A stretch of 60,642 nt of DNA, filler included, from Sphacelaria rigidula (lineage: Eukaryota): assembly GCA_964200075.2 (NCBI GenBank). It is 8 parts of 8 records of this genome, joined end to end, with 100 filler letters (N's around TTAATTAATTAA, not from the genome) between each part and the next. Parts side by side here need not be neighbours in the genome. Positions count along the whole stretch, not along the records: positions 30,373 to 37,865 come from CAXNAA020014675.1; positions 37,966 to 45,458 come from CAXNAA020014676.1; positions 45,559 to 53,050 come from CAXNAA020014677.1; 5 more parts are not named here. One strand, written 5' to 3'. Below are positions 35,790 to 49,875 of the stretch, piece after piece. How positions within the stretch are numbered: the stretch's first letter is position 1; every line of letters starts with the position of its first letter. A model generated the notes under the pieces. That model worked only from the letters and a program-made list of their open reading frames with translations. It was not told the DNA's origin and did no database searches. The translations under genes and the position numbers were made by a program.

Positions 35790-37232
35790 GATGCCAATTA
35801 ACTCGGGATTTTACAATTTGAGGATGGATTTCGTTTTGAGCATGAACCTTGGGCACCTTCAAAAACATCGAAATTCTCTCGAAGACAAAATGCAAATACA
35901 CGATACGGCCGTGAGGTGTGGTTAGGCCAACTCTAATGGCAGCAGTTCGAAATTTTTATTTTATCAAGATTTCAAACGTGTTTCTTCTCTGCCACGGTTA
36001 TGAACGGGGACCAAAACACACTATATTATGGCATAAAGTTGGAGTCGCACATACATATTGAAGTTGGCGTGACCTAGGAGTTGTGGACCTGTACAACAGC
36101 ACCCAAAGAAGACGTGACGGCTGCACAGCCATCACGGGACTTTTCCAACTTGTATCAACAGCATTTTGTTCCCACCCATTTGTACAGACCGGACCAGCGG
36201 CGGTTCAGCATCTCCGGCAATCTCCAGCTTAGATCAAACTGTTTTCGTAGGATTCAAACAACTACAGCATGGAAATGATGGACGGGCACAAATTGCATTG
36301 TTGGTTTTACAAACGACACAACGCATGCTACACACCATGATGGTGGTGCTTTCGGCAATGTCTAGACTTGTGTACCAATCGGGACACAACAACAGTACTA
36401 TAGTACAGGCAATCCTCGGTGCAGATCAAACCGTCGTTACAGGGCACCACACTACCTGTCAGCTTCAGGACAGGAATGCTGGCTCTGCGCACCAAAAACC
36501 TTGTTCGTTGCGAAATACACCGCCCAACAAACACATACTGTAGAGCATTTTCAACCTCGACAAGTCAGTACTTGCCTGCCGACAGCAGTTGTTTGTAACA
36601 CAATAGCAGCACGGCAGCTCAGGTAATTCCAGCAGAGACCAGACAGTTTTGACAAGGTCTAAACACACGATTATGCGGTGACAGATGCAGCACACGAGAG
36701 AGCCAGTCTGCGTGTGCTATAGTACAGTAAAACATGACATATCCCATTTTTACTTCTTGTGACAACTTCTGGACAGATCCTTGAGCATTTAGAATCGTCC
36801 CACAATTTCGAGCGCTCGACCGGATTCAAGCAATTTTTTGGGTCCGTTCAGATCTTGGGGGTCTAAGGCCAACTCTTATGGGAGCGTTTGAAATTTTATT
36901 TTGCAACAATTTCAGAGGAGTTTTTATTTTCTTCTTTGTCATCATAGTGAACGGGCACAAAATACACAACTACGGCAAAGAAGGGAAAAAAAATTCGGTT
37001 AAAATTATTGTAAAATAAAATTCTAAACGCTCCCACAAGAGTTGGCCTGAATCCTGACAATTTTGTTCCACAAAAATCGTTTTTGTGACCACCCGTTCAA
37101 AGTTGTTGAAAAATAAAATCTGAATGGCCTCCATTAGAGTCGGTCTTCGACGCGATAATACTCGTATGCAAAATAAAGTCGTTCCGATATTGAATGTTGT
37201 CGCTCATCTCGATTTCCCCCCGAGTTGGCACT
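35790..37232. mobile_element. Degenerate TIR element with repeated ~50-bp subterminal motifs
   Basis: The motif ggccaactctWatgg...gaaattttatttt occurs direct at ~35925 and ~36867 and inverted at ~37005-37047 and ~37097-37145. Ends read tgccaa..actcggg / cccgagttggca. Confidence 0.5.
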
Positions 37233-39189
37233 GTAGGCTCGGCCTGGAAATGCATGAATTAGAAAAGTTTAACTGAACCAAGTAATCGATCTGAGTATCA
37301 AGATCTAAGTTCGCCATCAGGATGTACAGGACTCGGGGTACGACCAGTTTCGCCAGATTCAGAGATCACCTGAAACTCAAGAATTTGATTTCGGAGTAGA
37401 CGGTTCAGTCAAAGTTTGCCATCACCTGTTCGAACATGTGCACAAACGCTCAGGCTAGAGGTTGAGAACGCTAACCCGGGGTATTTAGGTTTGTGGTGCT
37501 GTCATGATCATTCTGAACAAGCTTGCACCACGACGGGAGATATATACTGAGAAAAGTAATGCATCAGCGACAACGTGGCGCCTGACAAGGCGGTATTTCA
37601 GTAGCGATAGAACCGGTGTTTTCAGCTACAATAAGGTGTATCCAGCAAAGGGAAGAGTGACGTGCCTTGACAATGTGCCGCCTTCTGCGGGTCCACTACG
37701 TACTGTACTGAACAGTACAACAGTACAGTTAAGTGCATGCCCGATAGTGGAAGTGCATTTGCGACAATATGGGGCGTGGGGGGTGTACTCATGATCTTAC
37801 GATCATGCATGCCATACTCATAAGACCATTGACCTCGCAGCCCTACAATGCTGGGACGGAGCACGNNNNNNNNNNNNNNNNNNNNNNNNNNNNNNNNNNN
37901 NNNNNNNNNTTAATTAATTAANNNNNNNNNNNNNNNNNNNNNNNNNNNNNNNNNNNNNNNNNNNNTCAGCTCTACAGCCCCCTCCGCCCTCTCGCCTCCA
38001 ACCAACCCCCACCACCTTTTGCGGCCCTCGTCTGTGCGGGGGGGGGGGGGGGGGGGGGGGTATCGCGGGATATGCTGTTCGTTTCGTATCCTAATTTGTG
38101 CTGCACGTATGGATGCTTGTAGTAGTTGCAGTGGAAGAGCAGGAGGCAGTGCGTTGAGTGCGGTATACCTCACTATGTGCTTCTTTGGAGGTTGCCGAAT
38201 TTGTACGAGTAAGGTGTGGGTTAGTTTTGCTCTTCCTAGGCGCTATTCGGGCCCCATGTTGTGGTTTGTTCACGTCTCTCATATTTATTCGCTTTCTTTA
38301 GTGTGGCAAGAGAGGAAGATAGTTAGTTTGTGGGGCTGCATAACTTTTAGCTCCCGTTTCAGGACGGAGGCCTTGTTTTCGCCAGATGACTATGGTACGC
38401 GTCCAACGGGTCTCTTCATGGCGTTTGTTTGGGTTTTCGCTCGCTTCCGAAGGCCGATTCTGGGCCAGCATAATTAATGGGCGACGTGAAAAAAGGGAGG
38501 TCAATCAACGCATGTTCTATGTGGTCATCGTCGCTTGTGAATTCATACATTCCAAGGGTCGGACAAATCAATAATTCGTCTGGAAGTTACTTGGGTTTTA
38601 GTGTAAGTGATTCGAATTGTACGAATCAATCCATAGGCTTCGTTTTCAGCGTTGCAACCTAGGTACACGCAGCCCAGGCACACGTTGAATGGCGCAAAAG
38701 TTGCGCGGATACCCCTTGGACCAGCGGCCAATTTTTTTATCCCTTTTGGGCAATCAGGCCGAAGAAATCGTGAATTTGGCGATTCGAACCCGTGATGATT
38801 CGTCCTAACCGCGATACATTCAGTTCATGAAGAAGTGGCAAGACGAGGACCCTATGTTTTTCTTACCTTACTCGTCGGTCTCGTCCATTTGTCCATTTGT
38901 GCAAGGGGAGGATGATGGTGCATCGAAGCACCTTTTCCACCGTTGGAAAAAAAAGAGGGTTTCGACCCGGTCCTGGTTGTCGACCGTTTTGTTTTGTCTC
39001 GAGCGGGTTGGACTCCGGCTTCCATACTGACTGATCTATCAAGCTCCTCACTCTCACCAACAGCTTGTAAGGGGCCATAATAAAGTCGGCAAGAGAAGAA
39101 ACCCAGACAAAAACGGCCTTCATTTATACACAAGACTTACGGGACTAAATTCGTACAGGCTGGGTCGCCTGAGACGCGGACAGGGATGT

Positions 39190-39785
39190 GAACACGCGAT
39201 TTAACAGCTGAGCTTCAGGTTTTCTATGAATTTTGACACGATGTACAGGATGTATGTGCGAAGACGCCACCTTCTAGTTATTCACGATTTTGTTCCGAAA
39301 AACTGTTCTGAAATATTTGGTCGCCGATAACTCACGAGGAAGAACAAAAAACGCAGAGGGGAAAAGGTGGCGTCTTCGCATATACATCATGTACATCGTG
39401 TCAAAATTTCATGGAAAACGACCTGAAACTCAGCTGTTAAATTGCGTGTTCGTGTCCAAAACTGGTTCCTACGTGGAGATGAACCAGCCACCAAAAAATG
39501 AAACGCGGTTATGCTGTTGAATTTTGAGTACTTTTTCACGAAATTTCGACACGATGCGCATGAGGTATGTTGTGAAGTCCCCTTGACATTTTTTTTTCTT
39601 CCAATGAGTGGTCGACGCTTTTGCACCAGAAAAAGTTGTTTCGAAATGTAGATTATCCCTAACATACGAGGAAAAATAAAATAAGAGAGGGGGCAAACGG
39701 TGGGGGATTCACATATATCCCATGTATACCGTGTCAAAATTTCATGGAAAACGACTTCAAATTGAGCAGTGAAATCGCGTTTTTC
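39190..39785. repeat. Two tandem, related foldback units
   Basis: 39190-39272 pairs with 39364-39451 (gaacacgcgatttaacagctgag...cgaagacgccacctt / aaggtggcgtcttcg...ctcagctgttaaattgcgtgttc). A diverged second unit spans ~39500-39785. Confidence 0.75.
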
Positions 39786-41337
39786 TGCCGAGATCAGGTT
39801 CACTTGCTTTTAGAGTACAATAACCTCAGCCGGAACTTTGACGTTTTCTACAAGCGCGGCGCCTTGGCGCGCTGGAGGTCTCGTCTGCATGCCATCTCAG
39901 ACACTGCGCGCCTACAGTACGACATGCCTTGTTGCACAACCACAACTAGTACAGCACCATCACTTTGCGGCCGCGGCAGAACTGACGGTAACCGTAAATG
40001 CGATTTCAGCCGTTTTCCCCCCCTAATTCCGCCGCACATACCACTCTCAACTCTCTACACTTCGCAGCTGACTGCAGAATGGTATTTCGTTTGATGGGAA
40101 CTTGTTAGATCGCAGTGCTACGTGAAGTGAAAGACGCGCGTTGATTTGCAGAATACCACGATGTGTCATGGTAGGCACAACTCGCGACAGATCATCAGTT
40201 AGAACCGGCTGAAGGAAAGTCCGCCTCTTCAGCGGCCCACCCTGTACGAGGAAGCTCGCACGCATACCCCTTTTTTTTCGCTCGTGTTGCGGCATGGAGG
40301 GGCCCTGTCAGTCCGCGCTTCTGTATGTTCCCCCATGCCACGGCAGCATGCCGCATCAGAGCGCGCTTTTGGATTCTGGAAGACACTTGAAGTATTTAAC
40401 GATATATGGGAGGGAGGCCTGGGGGGGGGGTATTTTACCGCGTCGTCCCCCCTGGCCTAGTCTTCCATTAGTTTAACGCCTACATTCGAGGTCCTGTGGT
40501 TGCTCTGTAGAACAAGCTAGTATAAGCGTGATAAACGCCATACTCCCCACACCTTGTAATATATACACAATAATCGATTCGTTATTGCCCCCTCTGTCGT
40601 TGAACGAATCTTGTACTGCTGTAGGATTGTACACAGCACCGCAGCGCAGTACAGCAGTGCAACACACGTACGAGACAAAGCGCCCAGTTCGTGGTTCATG
40701 ACGTTTTGCTACTACTGTATGTATGTGCTTGAAGTAGTTGGTATTCTTGAGCAATGAAACAAACCATCAAATATATTCATTGAGAAGACATGGGATGGCA
40801 TCCACACAACATTGCATTCATGGAGTGTTCTCGAGGCGATACTCTCCTAGAACAGGATGTTTGATGGCGCGACCATCGCAGGTTTCGAGGGATCCAGACT
40901 TGCGACGTCGGATGCGGTATCAGCCTGGTCCCTGTATCTGCGCCACAGATGAAAGGAAGTAATCATGCTCGATTTGTGTTCTTCCGAGAGACGGTCACCT
41001 TTCACATCAAACCAGCGCCACTATCGGCTTATACGCACCGCCTAGTTCTCAGCTTTCCAGAGGTGGGTGTAACACTTACACAACAAATAGCCTCCAATTG
41101 AGAAAAGAGTTTGTGGCTCGAGGAAGGAAATATTATGGATAATGTCACCTGTATGTTGCGCGTACATAAAAATAGTATATAGAAAAGGCTGAAAATTTAG
41201 TTATCATCGACGGGAGCTCGCCGGACGGGTGCAGCTCTGTTTCGGTTCAATAGTATAGCAGAGTACAGTGCTGTCGTGGGCACCTGCTGCTTTCGAGGTA
41301 GATACGCAGGAATCTATACGAGGAGGTAGGGCTAGGT

Positions 41338-44300
41338 ATGGATTTGGTCGCGGGCTATGGAAGCGGCAGCGATGGCGACGATGGTGACAAGTCCCCAATA
41401 TCAGATGACGGTGCACACAAGAAGCCTTCGGGTATCAGTCAACAACGGCCGAAGCCAACATTCCAAGCACCAAGGGTCAACGCCGCCCCCAACGTGATGG
41501 TTTCCAATGAGGTGGCCAAAGCCTCTGATGCGCTTATGGCCTCCCCCCTGGGCATGCTGGGATTAAAAAAAACCTCGAAAACAGGCGGCCAAATTATGAT
41601 CCACAACCCAAGGGCGGAGCACTTCTTAGCCCCCGTGAACGGCCCCGCACACCCGCACCGACGAGACCTCTCAGTACCCGCTGGTGGCCGCGCCACTGGC
41701 ACTGGTGGCGTGATTGAGCAGACCTCCGTGGAGGATTGGTCCTTCCACGAGCAGTATCATACGTTCCACCAGTTCGGCTACGCCGTGGATGCGCAGGGAC
41801 AGACAGTGGGCAACGTCGCAGAGCACTCCAAACGGCAAGGCGACACCGTGAACTCGGCGGTGCCCAGCAGCAGCGACATGCCTCGCCGCAAGCGGAAAAA
41901 ATCATCGCCGTCGGTAGGAGGAGGGGAAGGAAGTGGGGCGGGAGCAGCAGCAAGCAGTTCTGGAGGTAATAGCGGCGAAGGCGGTGATGTTGGCGACCCG
42001 GAATCGGACGGTATTTGGGCGCCAGAGGCGGAGGGGCCCAAGACCGATTTCGAGGCCGGTACTATGACGGAGGAGCAGACCAAGTTCCGCGAGGAATGGC
42101 AGGCGGAGCAGGCCAAGAAGCATCGCGAGTATAATATGGAGGAGGATCACGATCGGAGAGACGAGCGCAAGATTTCCCACCTATTACCGCCAAGGCACAA
42201 CCGCGACACGGAGTCCAAAACGGCGCGATCGACCTTCCACGGGAAGAAGCAGAGCGACTACCAGGGGCGGTCATGGATGGCTCCCCCCGCGGGGGTGCGC
42301 GTCGAGGCGGAGGGTGAGGAGCACAAGTGTTTCACGCCCAAGAAATGCATACATCGGTACACGGGACACACCAAGGGCGTGCAGGCTATCGCATTCTTCC
42401 CAGGGTATGGACACCTTTTATTGTCCGCGAGCATGGACAGTTCGGTCAAGATCTGGGACGTGAACGGCGGCAGGGGCCAGCGGCGCACGTATATGGGGCA
42501 CTCCGCCGCAGTGCGAGATGTGCAGTTCAGCAACGACGGAAAGCAGTTCCTCAGTGCGGGTTATGATCGATTTATCCGGCAGTGGGATACGGAAACGGGC
42601 CAGTGCATCGCCACCTTTACCAACCGTAAGATGCCGTACTGCGCCAGGTACTACCCGGTAGACAACAATATGTTTCTGTGCGGATGCTCGGACAACCGAG
42701 TGGTGCAGTACGACGCTCGACAGGGCAGCGAGATCGTACAGGAATACAACCACCACCTCGGCCCGGTCAACACCGTACTCTTTGTCGACGACAATCAGCG
42801 TTTCGTCAGCACGTCCGACGACAAGAAGGTGCGAAACGAGCGAGCGCGTGCTTAGAGCACGTTTGCACTGTACGGAGTCCCCCCCCCCCTATTTTGTCTT
42901 TTTTCTCTCGCTCGAATCGCCGAGAATAAACAGTACGCTGTATGCGTATTTTTTTCATGTGCTGCGCCGTTCTGCGGCCTGCGACGTCAATCCCTTGGGC
43001 GCCGCTTCCCTCAGATGGACCCCATGTGGGCCACTGGAAATGTGTCGAAAACGGCTGCTTTGTCATAGCAAACACGTAAGAACGGGACTGGGAACCACAG
43101 TATACACATGATGCTGTCATCGAACAATGCTGGCAACTTGAACGGACCTGCCCAGCTACGATGTCGAGGTTGCCGTTGTTGGAAGGTCAGTCAGTGATGT
43201 TGTTCCGAAAAGAGGTTTGACGTCGAAGGAATCAAGAAGTTTACTATGGCGAGCGATTCAAGCAAACGAGAGGAGAGCGCCGTGTCACGCTCCTTACCCG
43301 TAATTCCAACCGTCCGTCTGCACTGTTGGTTCTGGTTGGCGCGCTTGTATCATCCAAGACCTGGCCGCGATCGCGATCAATAATGATATTTCGTTTTCTT
43401 CTCTCGAAATATGCACACGTGGGTGATATGAAAATATTGCAGATAGCCAGTACGCGTGAACACTCTGAATGACACTACTCCGAAAGCGAGCTTGCAATGC
43501 TGTACAAGCCAAACACCACTCTTGTCGTTTAGCATTTGTCCCCCATTAGGTTCGTCTGTAGTTGCGACACCCGCCTCCTACCTCCTGTTTTCCACCGCGC
43601 CGCCGCTACCCCACCCCAGGTGTTGATATGGGAATACAATATTCCCGTACCCATCAAGTATATCGCGGAGCCGGACATGCACTCGATGCCGGCCACAACG
43701 CTACACCCGACGGGGGGATTCTTCGTGGGACAGTCATTGGACAACAAAATAGTCACGTGGACGGCGCGAGATAAGTTCAGGCAAATGAGGAAGAAGGAAT
43801 TCAAGGGACACGTAAACGCCGGGTACGCGTGCCGCATGGCGTTCAGTCCCAACGGAAAGTTTTTAGCGTCCGGAGACGGCCAGGGGAAGATGTACATCTG
43901 GGACTGGGGAAGCACCAAGGTCTACCGAAAGCTACAGGTACCTTTTTGTACTTTTTTTTTCGTGCGCAATTTTACTCGTTCTCCTTTCCTTTTCCGTTGT
44001 TTAGTCTTTTTCTTTTCTTGTTCCAACCTTGCTTTTCTTGGGTACGTCCATCATGCGACCACGGCTCGACCCTGGGTGGTCATTTAAAGTGCGGCGGCAA
44101 CTAATCAAATCAATCGTTTCTCCATCTGCGTGTTCGTGTTTCGGTGTTCACCTGTGTCTGTCTTCGGCCTGCGTATTTTTCTGCCGTGTCTGTATACCTC
44201 TCTCGCCTTTTGTGGTAGTGATAAGCTCTCGTTTTGATGGTGCTTTGAAAGTCTCATGAGGCCGACAAGTGAAAAGCGGTCTAATTATTTAGCACACACC

Positions 44301-44583
44301 GGCACGCGCGTACACACGTGAAAGATATCTGATCCCACGATTGAGGTCTCTGGTGTTCACCGCAGCTTCAATGCCATGGTAGATACCTTACTTCGTATGT
44401 GCCTACCTCTTGTTTTTGCTCACCGGTATGTGTCTGTCGGTGTGTATTGGTCCCCCTGCTGGCCCCTTTCTATCTTAACAGTGCCATGATGACGGCCCCT
44501 GCATCGACGTTGCGTGGCATCCACTGGAGCCAAGTTGGGTAGCTACTGCAGGCTGGGACGGGATTATCAAGCTGTGGGACTGA
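41338..44583 (+). CDS. CDC40: Pre-mRNA-processing factor 17 (CDC40/PRP17), WD40 splicing factor. Exons 41338-42828, 43620-43937, 44482-44583; 636 aa
   Basis: MDLVAGYGS start; [121 protein letters not shown]. Both introns are GT-AG, phase 0. Confidence 0.96.
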
Positions 44584-47537
44584 CCTACTGTCTAGTTGGT
44601 GGTGGAGACCTCTTTTATTATGGGGGGAAGGGCGGATAGAGACGGAGAAATGGGAGGGATTCAACGTTCATCACACATTATTGCACTAGCAGCAGCTCAA
44701 CCATCCACGAGGCGCTCTTGAGAGAACAAGACATCGTTGTCACCTGACGCGATCGACAGATGATCAATCGCTACTTGATGTTTCCCCAACGGTGGTTTGG
44801 GAAGTCACGAGGCGGGCGCGGTTGTATTCATGAAATGGCGGGCAGTGTACGCGTGCTCGTCGGGGGAAGGGAGGGTGCGGTCATTTGTGGGTCTCCCTAG
44901 GAGAGATGGTTTGATTATGTTGCTTACAAGCTGAGGCGGACGATTGACGGGGATTCAGGTTGCGTGTTGTAGTTCTGACCTGGTGTAATTTTTGGTCAGA
45001 CCGTTCAGCGAACCATTTATCTTGAATCATGTTGATATCACTTTTTCTTCTGTTTATTTTGGTGGGTAGTGGCGAGGAAGCACGGCTTCATCAGATTGAC
45101 GATGCTCATCCCACTTGGGATAAGGGGTACCTAAGAGATCAGTGTAACGAAGCAGGGTTCGAATTACAGTCTGGTGGGAGAGGAGGTTGGCAAAGTCATC
45201 GTTGGAATTGTTGGGAAAGCTGACGTGTGCGTAGAATGCCATTTTTCCCCACTGAACTCGCTCCCCTTGTTTTCGTGTTGACAGAATCTGTTGTACAAAT
45301 AATATAGTGGCAGCTCTTGTACCGAGGTCTGCAATCGATGTTGTGTCAGTCACATTGGCACAACAGTCGATACATGATAACAAGAACGAGGCTAATGCCC
45401 CCCCCCCTCTTCATGTGCGGACCCCCGATGGGGTTGGCGTCGCTTGGCGATGACGCTANNNNNNNNNNNNNNNNNNNNNNNNNNNNNNNNNNNNNNNNNN
45501 NNTTAATTAATTAANNNNNNNNNNNNNNNNNNNNNNNNNNNNNNNNNNNNNNNNNNNNAGCGAATGATCAAAGCCACTCTCAATCGTATCATCTACTCTC
45601 AATCTCACGAAAACACTGTTAGTTACTGTTCGATGCCAAAAAATGGGCATCCTAAGATATTTGAATTCTCTTGACAAATATTGAAAAAAAATGACCGATC
45701 GATCATGAGTGATCTACGGGCCTATCCGATCTTCGGGGGTCCTGCGAAAATACGACCCCAGGCTCTAGCTTTTCGGTGTCTTCGGTGGACCGACTCGATC
45801 CGGATTATATAAGTAAAGAGTAAAAAAGGATTGTTTTTTTTAATTCCACCTAGTCACTGCGCTAAAGCAGGAAAACTATGTTTCTTTGACCATTTACGGT
45901 CAATAACACCCTCGTGATAAACGGGGTCTTTTCCCGGTATCGCCCCCACAACACCAACCTGGGCGATTGTGATTTGAGCCCGGTACATATCGTACAGAAC
46001 ATACCTGTACCTTACAGAACGCAACTTGAATTATTCTGCATCCGCAATTGTGGTGGTGTCAAGGTACGATCTATGCAGGGACTAGGTGAAGTTTTGAAAC
46101 CGAGGAACGCCTATACAGACAACCTGCCTGCTTTGCTCGTGCTGCATTAGGCGGCGCCGGTCATGTATCGTACCGAGGACGATTTTGCACTGTCTGTACC
46201 GTCCTACGCAGTCACTGGTGAGTTGTGCTGGATATTGTGCTGGTACACTGAGTAGCCGCCGCGCCCCGTTGGTGTGATGACCCAACTGTCGCCATTCAGT
46301 CTTAGGCCAAAAAAAATAAAGCAAGTCAACTGCCAAGATTCCCGCATGCAAAAATCATAGCACCTCATGTATCTTTCGACGGGTCAACAGGGTTTAGTGC
46401 TGTACTTCTAGCAAAATACAAATCAAGGGTTATTTTGCTTGTGGATTTCTCCGCCGTGTCTGTTCTATCAAGACTGAAACTTGGCACAGAGGTAGACCAC
46501 AACACAGACAGCATATTCCCGGAGCGGCGGCACGTTTTACGTGGTGCGCTAGACGCACGACGCAAAATACGGATTTTGGGCAATGTCATCGATACGCCCT
46601 CAAAACGCAGTCCCCTTGGTCAAGACTGCGTGAGACGTCAGTAGATGCATGTATTGACACGTAGATACGCTCACTTCCTGCTGGGTAGCTCCTGCCCCGG
46701 CAAACGAAGACATCGATTCGTATTGCGCACACTCTGGATGATGTCATTCTACGCGGTACCTGACTTGGTATTGAAGGGGTGTTGAATAACGTGACACTAA
46801 ATTGTAAGTCGCTCTGATCAACAGCTGTACCGGAGGTGCACAGGGACAAGTGAATGCTGATACGCTGGACAACACACTACAGCCGCGAGCGAGGTAGCCT
46901 TTAAAAGTGAGAAATTTTCATCAGCACCCCAGCTAGAAGGGCTAAAAAGGTGAGAGCCACTGAAGTTCCCGAGGCTTCTCCTTCGTGTGGTGATCAAATA
47001 GGTGGCAAGGAGTAACATCCACGATCAGTTGTACAGTCTTTCTTGTCTCGAGTGCACCGAACAAGACGTGGGAATTTGAAACGGGGCAGCACTTGGCTGA
47101 TCTCATACGATGAACTGTGTACGTAGTGAATGAATGTAAGACCCGTCTCCCCAATGAAGCCGGTGGAGGAAAACCCATCACCTGAAGGGTAGAGTGTTCT
47201 TCACCTTCACGTTGTGGGGCTATCTTTGTGCTTTTCCTGTGATGCTTGGTATATTCGTACGCATAGCTGTCCCTCTAGAGGCACATGGTTAGAACCCTGC
47301 GACTCCTATCTCTTTGGCTAGTTATCGTGGCTCTCGATTTTTCTCCCTTCCTGTTTGGCCTCTCATGTTGAGTGGACCAATGGGCGCTGCCTCCAGTAGC
47401 CCGATTGGTCGCATATGGCATCGGCAATTCGAGGGCTACGAGCTGGGCCTGCCACGCACTCTGTTGCAACAGTCCGCAGGTCACGCCCCACTCAATTTTC
47501 CGAATTTCGGAGTGAAAATTTGACATTACAGGAAATA

Positions 47538-49300
47538 GCCGGTCGCCCCGGTGGCTCAATTGGTGAAAAAGGCCGGATGTTGTGGTACCAGAATCTTGGC
47601 TCACAGATTTTTTATTCCTGGCGAAATAAATCCGCGGCAAATTTGGACTCGGGAACCATATCGCAGCAGACAGATTTTCATACCATATTGTTCTGATATG
47701 TATACAGTTGGGGGCTCTCAGCAGTGCTGGTACGTGCCCACCACGGACACCGGCACTACTCAGAGGGCCTGGCACTACTCTGAAAAGTGCCAAAACCGGT
47801 GCAATGGAGGGCTCTGAATACTTCAGTAGTGCCACTTGCTGCAGATGCGGTGCATTTCGTTGTCGCCAAACATGCTGCCGCAAATATCGTGGAGCCTCCC
47901 GCCACATGTCCCCTGGCAACCGTGGCCATGACGGCCTTCTGGCGTCGTGGCCTGCACCAGGCACGGTTCACCTTCCGCACAAGCCATGTTTTGTCCCTAC
48001 GTTGCAAGGTCTTCACCAGCACGTACCCTCCTGTACCCCTACTGGTGCTTGGTTGGTGGGGTGTAAGGCGTGCGTGAGTGTGTCCGGCACCGACACTGTT
48101 GTAGGTACAAAACCGTTCGAATCGGCACTACTGAGGGTCATCTGTTAGTAGTGCCGGGCGGCACTACTGCGAGCTCTGGCTGTGCCCGGAGATTTTACCG
48201 GCATTATATAGGTCGTTGGCACTATTCAACCGGCACTACTGAGAGCCCCCCCACTGTACCTCCGCCAGGGTTTCGAGGTTTATGCGTAGCGCGTTCCAAT
48301 AGCTCACAGTCCCGTAGATGTCTTGTGTGTCGTGGTGTGCTGTAGTGATGCAGCGTCACTGCCGCAGAGATATCATCGCCACCCCACTAACACCAGTGCC
48401 GGTTTCTTCGAGCACATTAGTAAGCGACCATGCCCCCCCTGTTGCTGTTAAAGTTAAATCCTTTATCGAAGGATCGCAGAACCACCCGCCAGACAGCGAC
48501 AGTGCGCATCACATGTCTCCTCTCTCGACGTATCTGCAATGCTTTCGCCAGGAGACCGACGAGCAAGACATGTCGTTTTTTGTCTCGTACGCGCCAAGCG
48601 AGCTCCATCGCGCGTTGGTTGCAGCGTGTGGTTACTTCGTGTGTTGTTGGTTGTGGTCGACAGGATCACCCACAAAGGTGCAGGCAGCCAGCACGCCGGT
48701 ACATGAAAGAAAAACGCGGCGTGACCCCATTATGACGGTCTGCCTGCGAAAACGCAAAAATCTGTGTGCAATAATCTGTGCTTGCCGACCCCGGCAGTTT
48801 GCCCGAAAAATTGTGAGACTCGGGCCCCGAATCTTGGCCGTGAATTGTTTCGCCCATAATTTCGAATAGTCTGTACCCATAAGATGGGGGTACTGTACCA
48901 CGAATGTTTTCGAAATCTGAAGATCGGCGGCCAAAAATCTGTTGCCATAACATCCGGTCTAACCTCGAAACCTTCTGACGATTGGAGCGTCGGTTCGAAT
49001 CTCGGAGCGACCTAGGATTATTTCTCACACAATATCCAATAATGGAGAGCGACTATGTCGTGGGTACACAAAATTCGACTCGACGGTCGACAAGGGAAAG
49101 GGACTAAGGGACTGCTGAACCCCTCTCGCGATAAAAACTAAAGACAAGCCCCGCAGAAGGAAGGTGGAAAACTAAATCGAATAAAAAGAAAAAACTCCTG
49201 TGTGGACCTTCCTCCTGTGTGACCCCGGCTGGTGCGCCCACATATACCGGAAGGTGTAGACCGACGTCCAGGACAAATAGGATGACAACACAACACACAG
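47538..49300 (+). mobile_element. tRNA-headed SINE, copy 3, split into 47538-47565 and 48960-49300
   Basis: The A-box half gccggtcgccccggtggctcaattggt is at 47538. The remainder taacctcgaaacc...ggttcgaatctc and the body resume at 48960. Confidence 0.82.
47571..48959. mobile_element. 1.39-kb non-autonomous TIR element (PIF/Harbinger-like) inserted in the SINE head
   Basis: TIR ggccggatgttgtgg...acagattttt / aaaaatctgttgccataacatccggtc. Right flank TAA. Internal ggcactact repeats. Confidence 0.72.
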
Positions 49301-49806
49301 AAACAGAAGTTAGGCGGACCGCGTGACTGACTTGGCTTTTTGTTTTTACCCGCGATTCAAGTTTTTTTTTATTTTGGGGAGCCATGTTGAAATCGCTTCA
49401 AGTAATTTGGAGAAAAAAAAGGCAAAGGAGGTAAATGATAGGCCTGAGTGCAGTTACTGTGGTGTCAAAATTTCACCCCGAAACTCGAAAAATTGAGTGG
49501 GTTGTCGTTATTCAGCACTTCCGCGTCAAAAAAAGTGCCCCGATGGTCCGACGGCCAGACTGTCAACGTCAGGGTGGAGATAGCATGGGTTTGATTCCCG
49601 CCCGACGCACTTTTTTTGTCTTTTGGGAATATGGTCTTCATCGTTTGAAGCATTTGGACGTTGGGAGAGATGGGTTGATTCCTCGAAACCACGGACTCAT
49701 CCCGAGGAAAGAGATGGGTTTCGAGTGCAACGAAAAAAAAAGTTCGTGTGTCGATAGAGTATGAAAACAAAAAATCGTGCGCAGAAAATGTAGTAAGTTG
49801 GAGATC

Positions 49807-49875
49807 GCGACCCGGTGGTGTAATGGCCCGACTGTCGCCATTGGGGTGGAGAGAACGAGGGTTCGATTTCCGTTG
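49807..49875 (+). repeat. tRNA-like Pol III head (different SINE-like remnant)
   Basis: tggtgtaatgg (A box) and ggttcgatttc (B box); no full cloverleaf. Confidence 0.4.

Larger units (their letters stand above)
47487..49501. mobile_element. Outer inverted-repeat element (~50-bp arms) hosting nested insertions
   Basis: cccactcaattttccgaatttcggagtgaaaatttgaca (47487-) is the reverse complement of tgtcaaaatttcaccccgaaactcgaaaaattgagtggg (-49501). Confidence 0.7.

Noticed and set aside
36080-36700. Possible transposase remnant inside the degenerate TIR element
   Set aside because: All frames are short and no DDE or other motif is recognisable.
42829-42855. ORF track ends CDC40 at 42855 and starts another ORF at 43536
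   Set aside because: These extensions are intronic; GT-AG splicing at 42828/43620 and 43937/44482 restores the conserved protein.
47275-48345. Cys-rich ORFs on both strands
   Set aside because: They run across repeat boundaries and ggcactact repeats inside a non-autonomous element; no domain signature.
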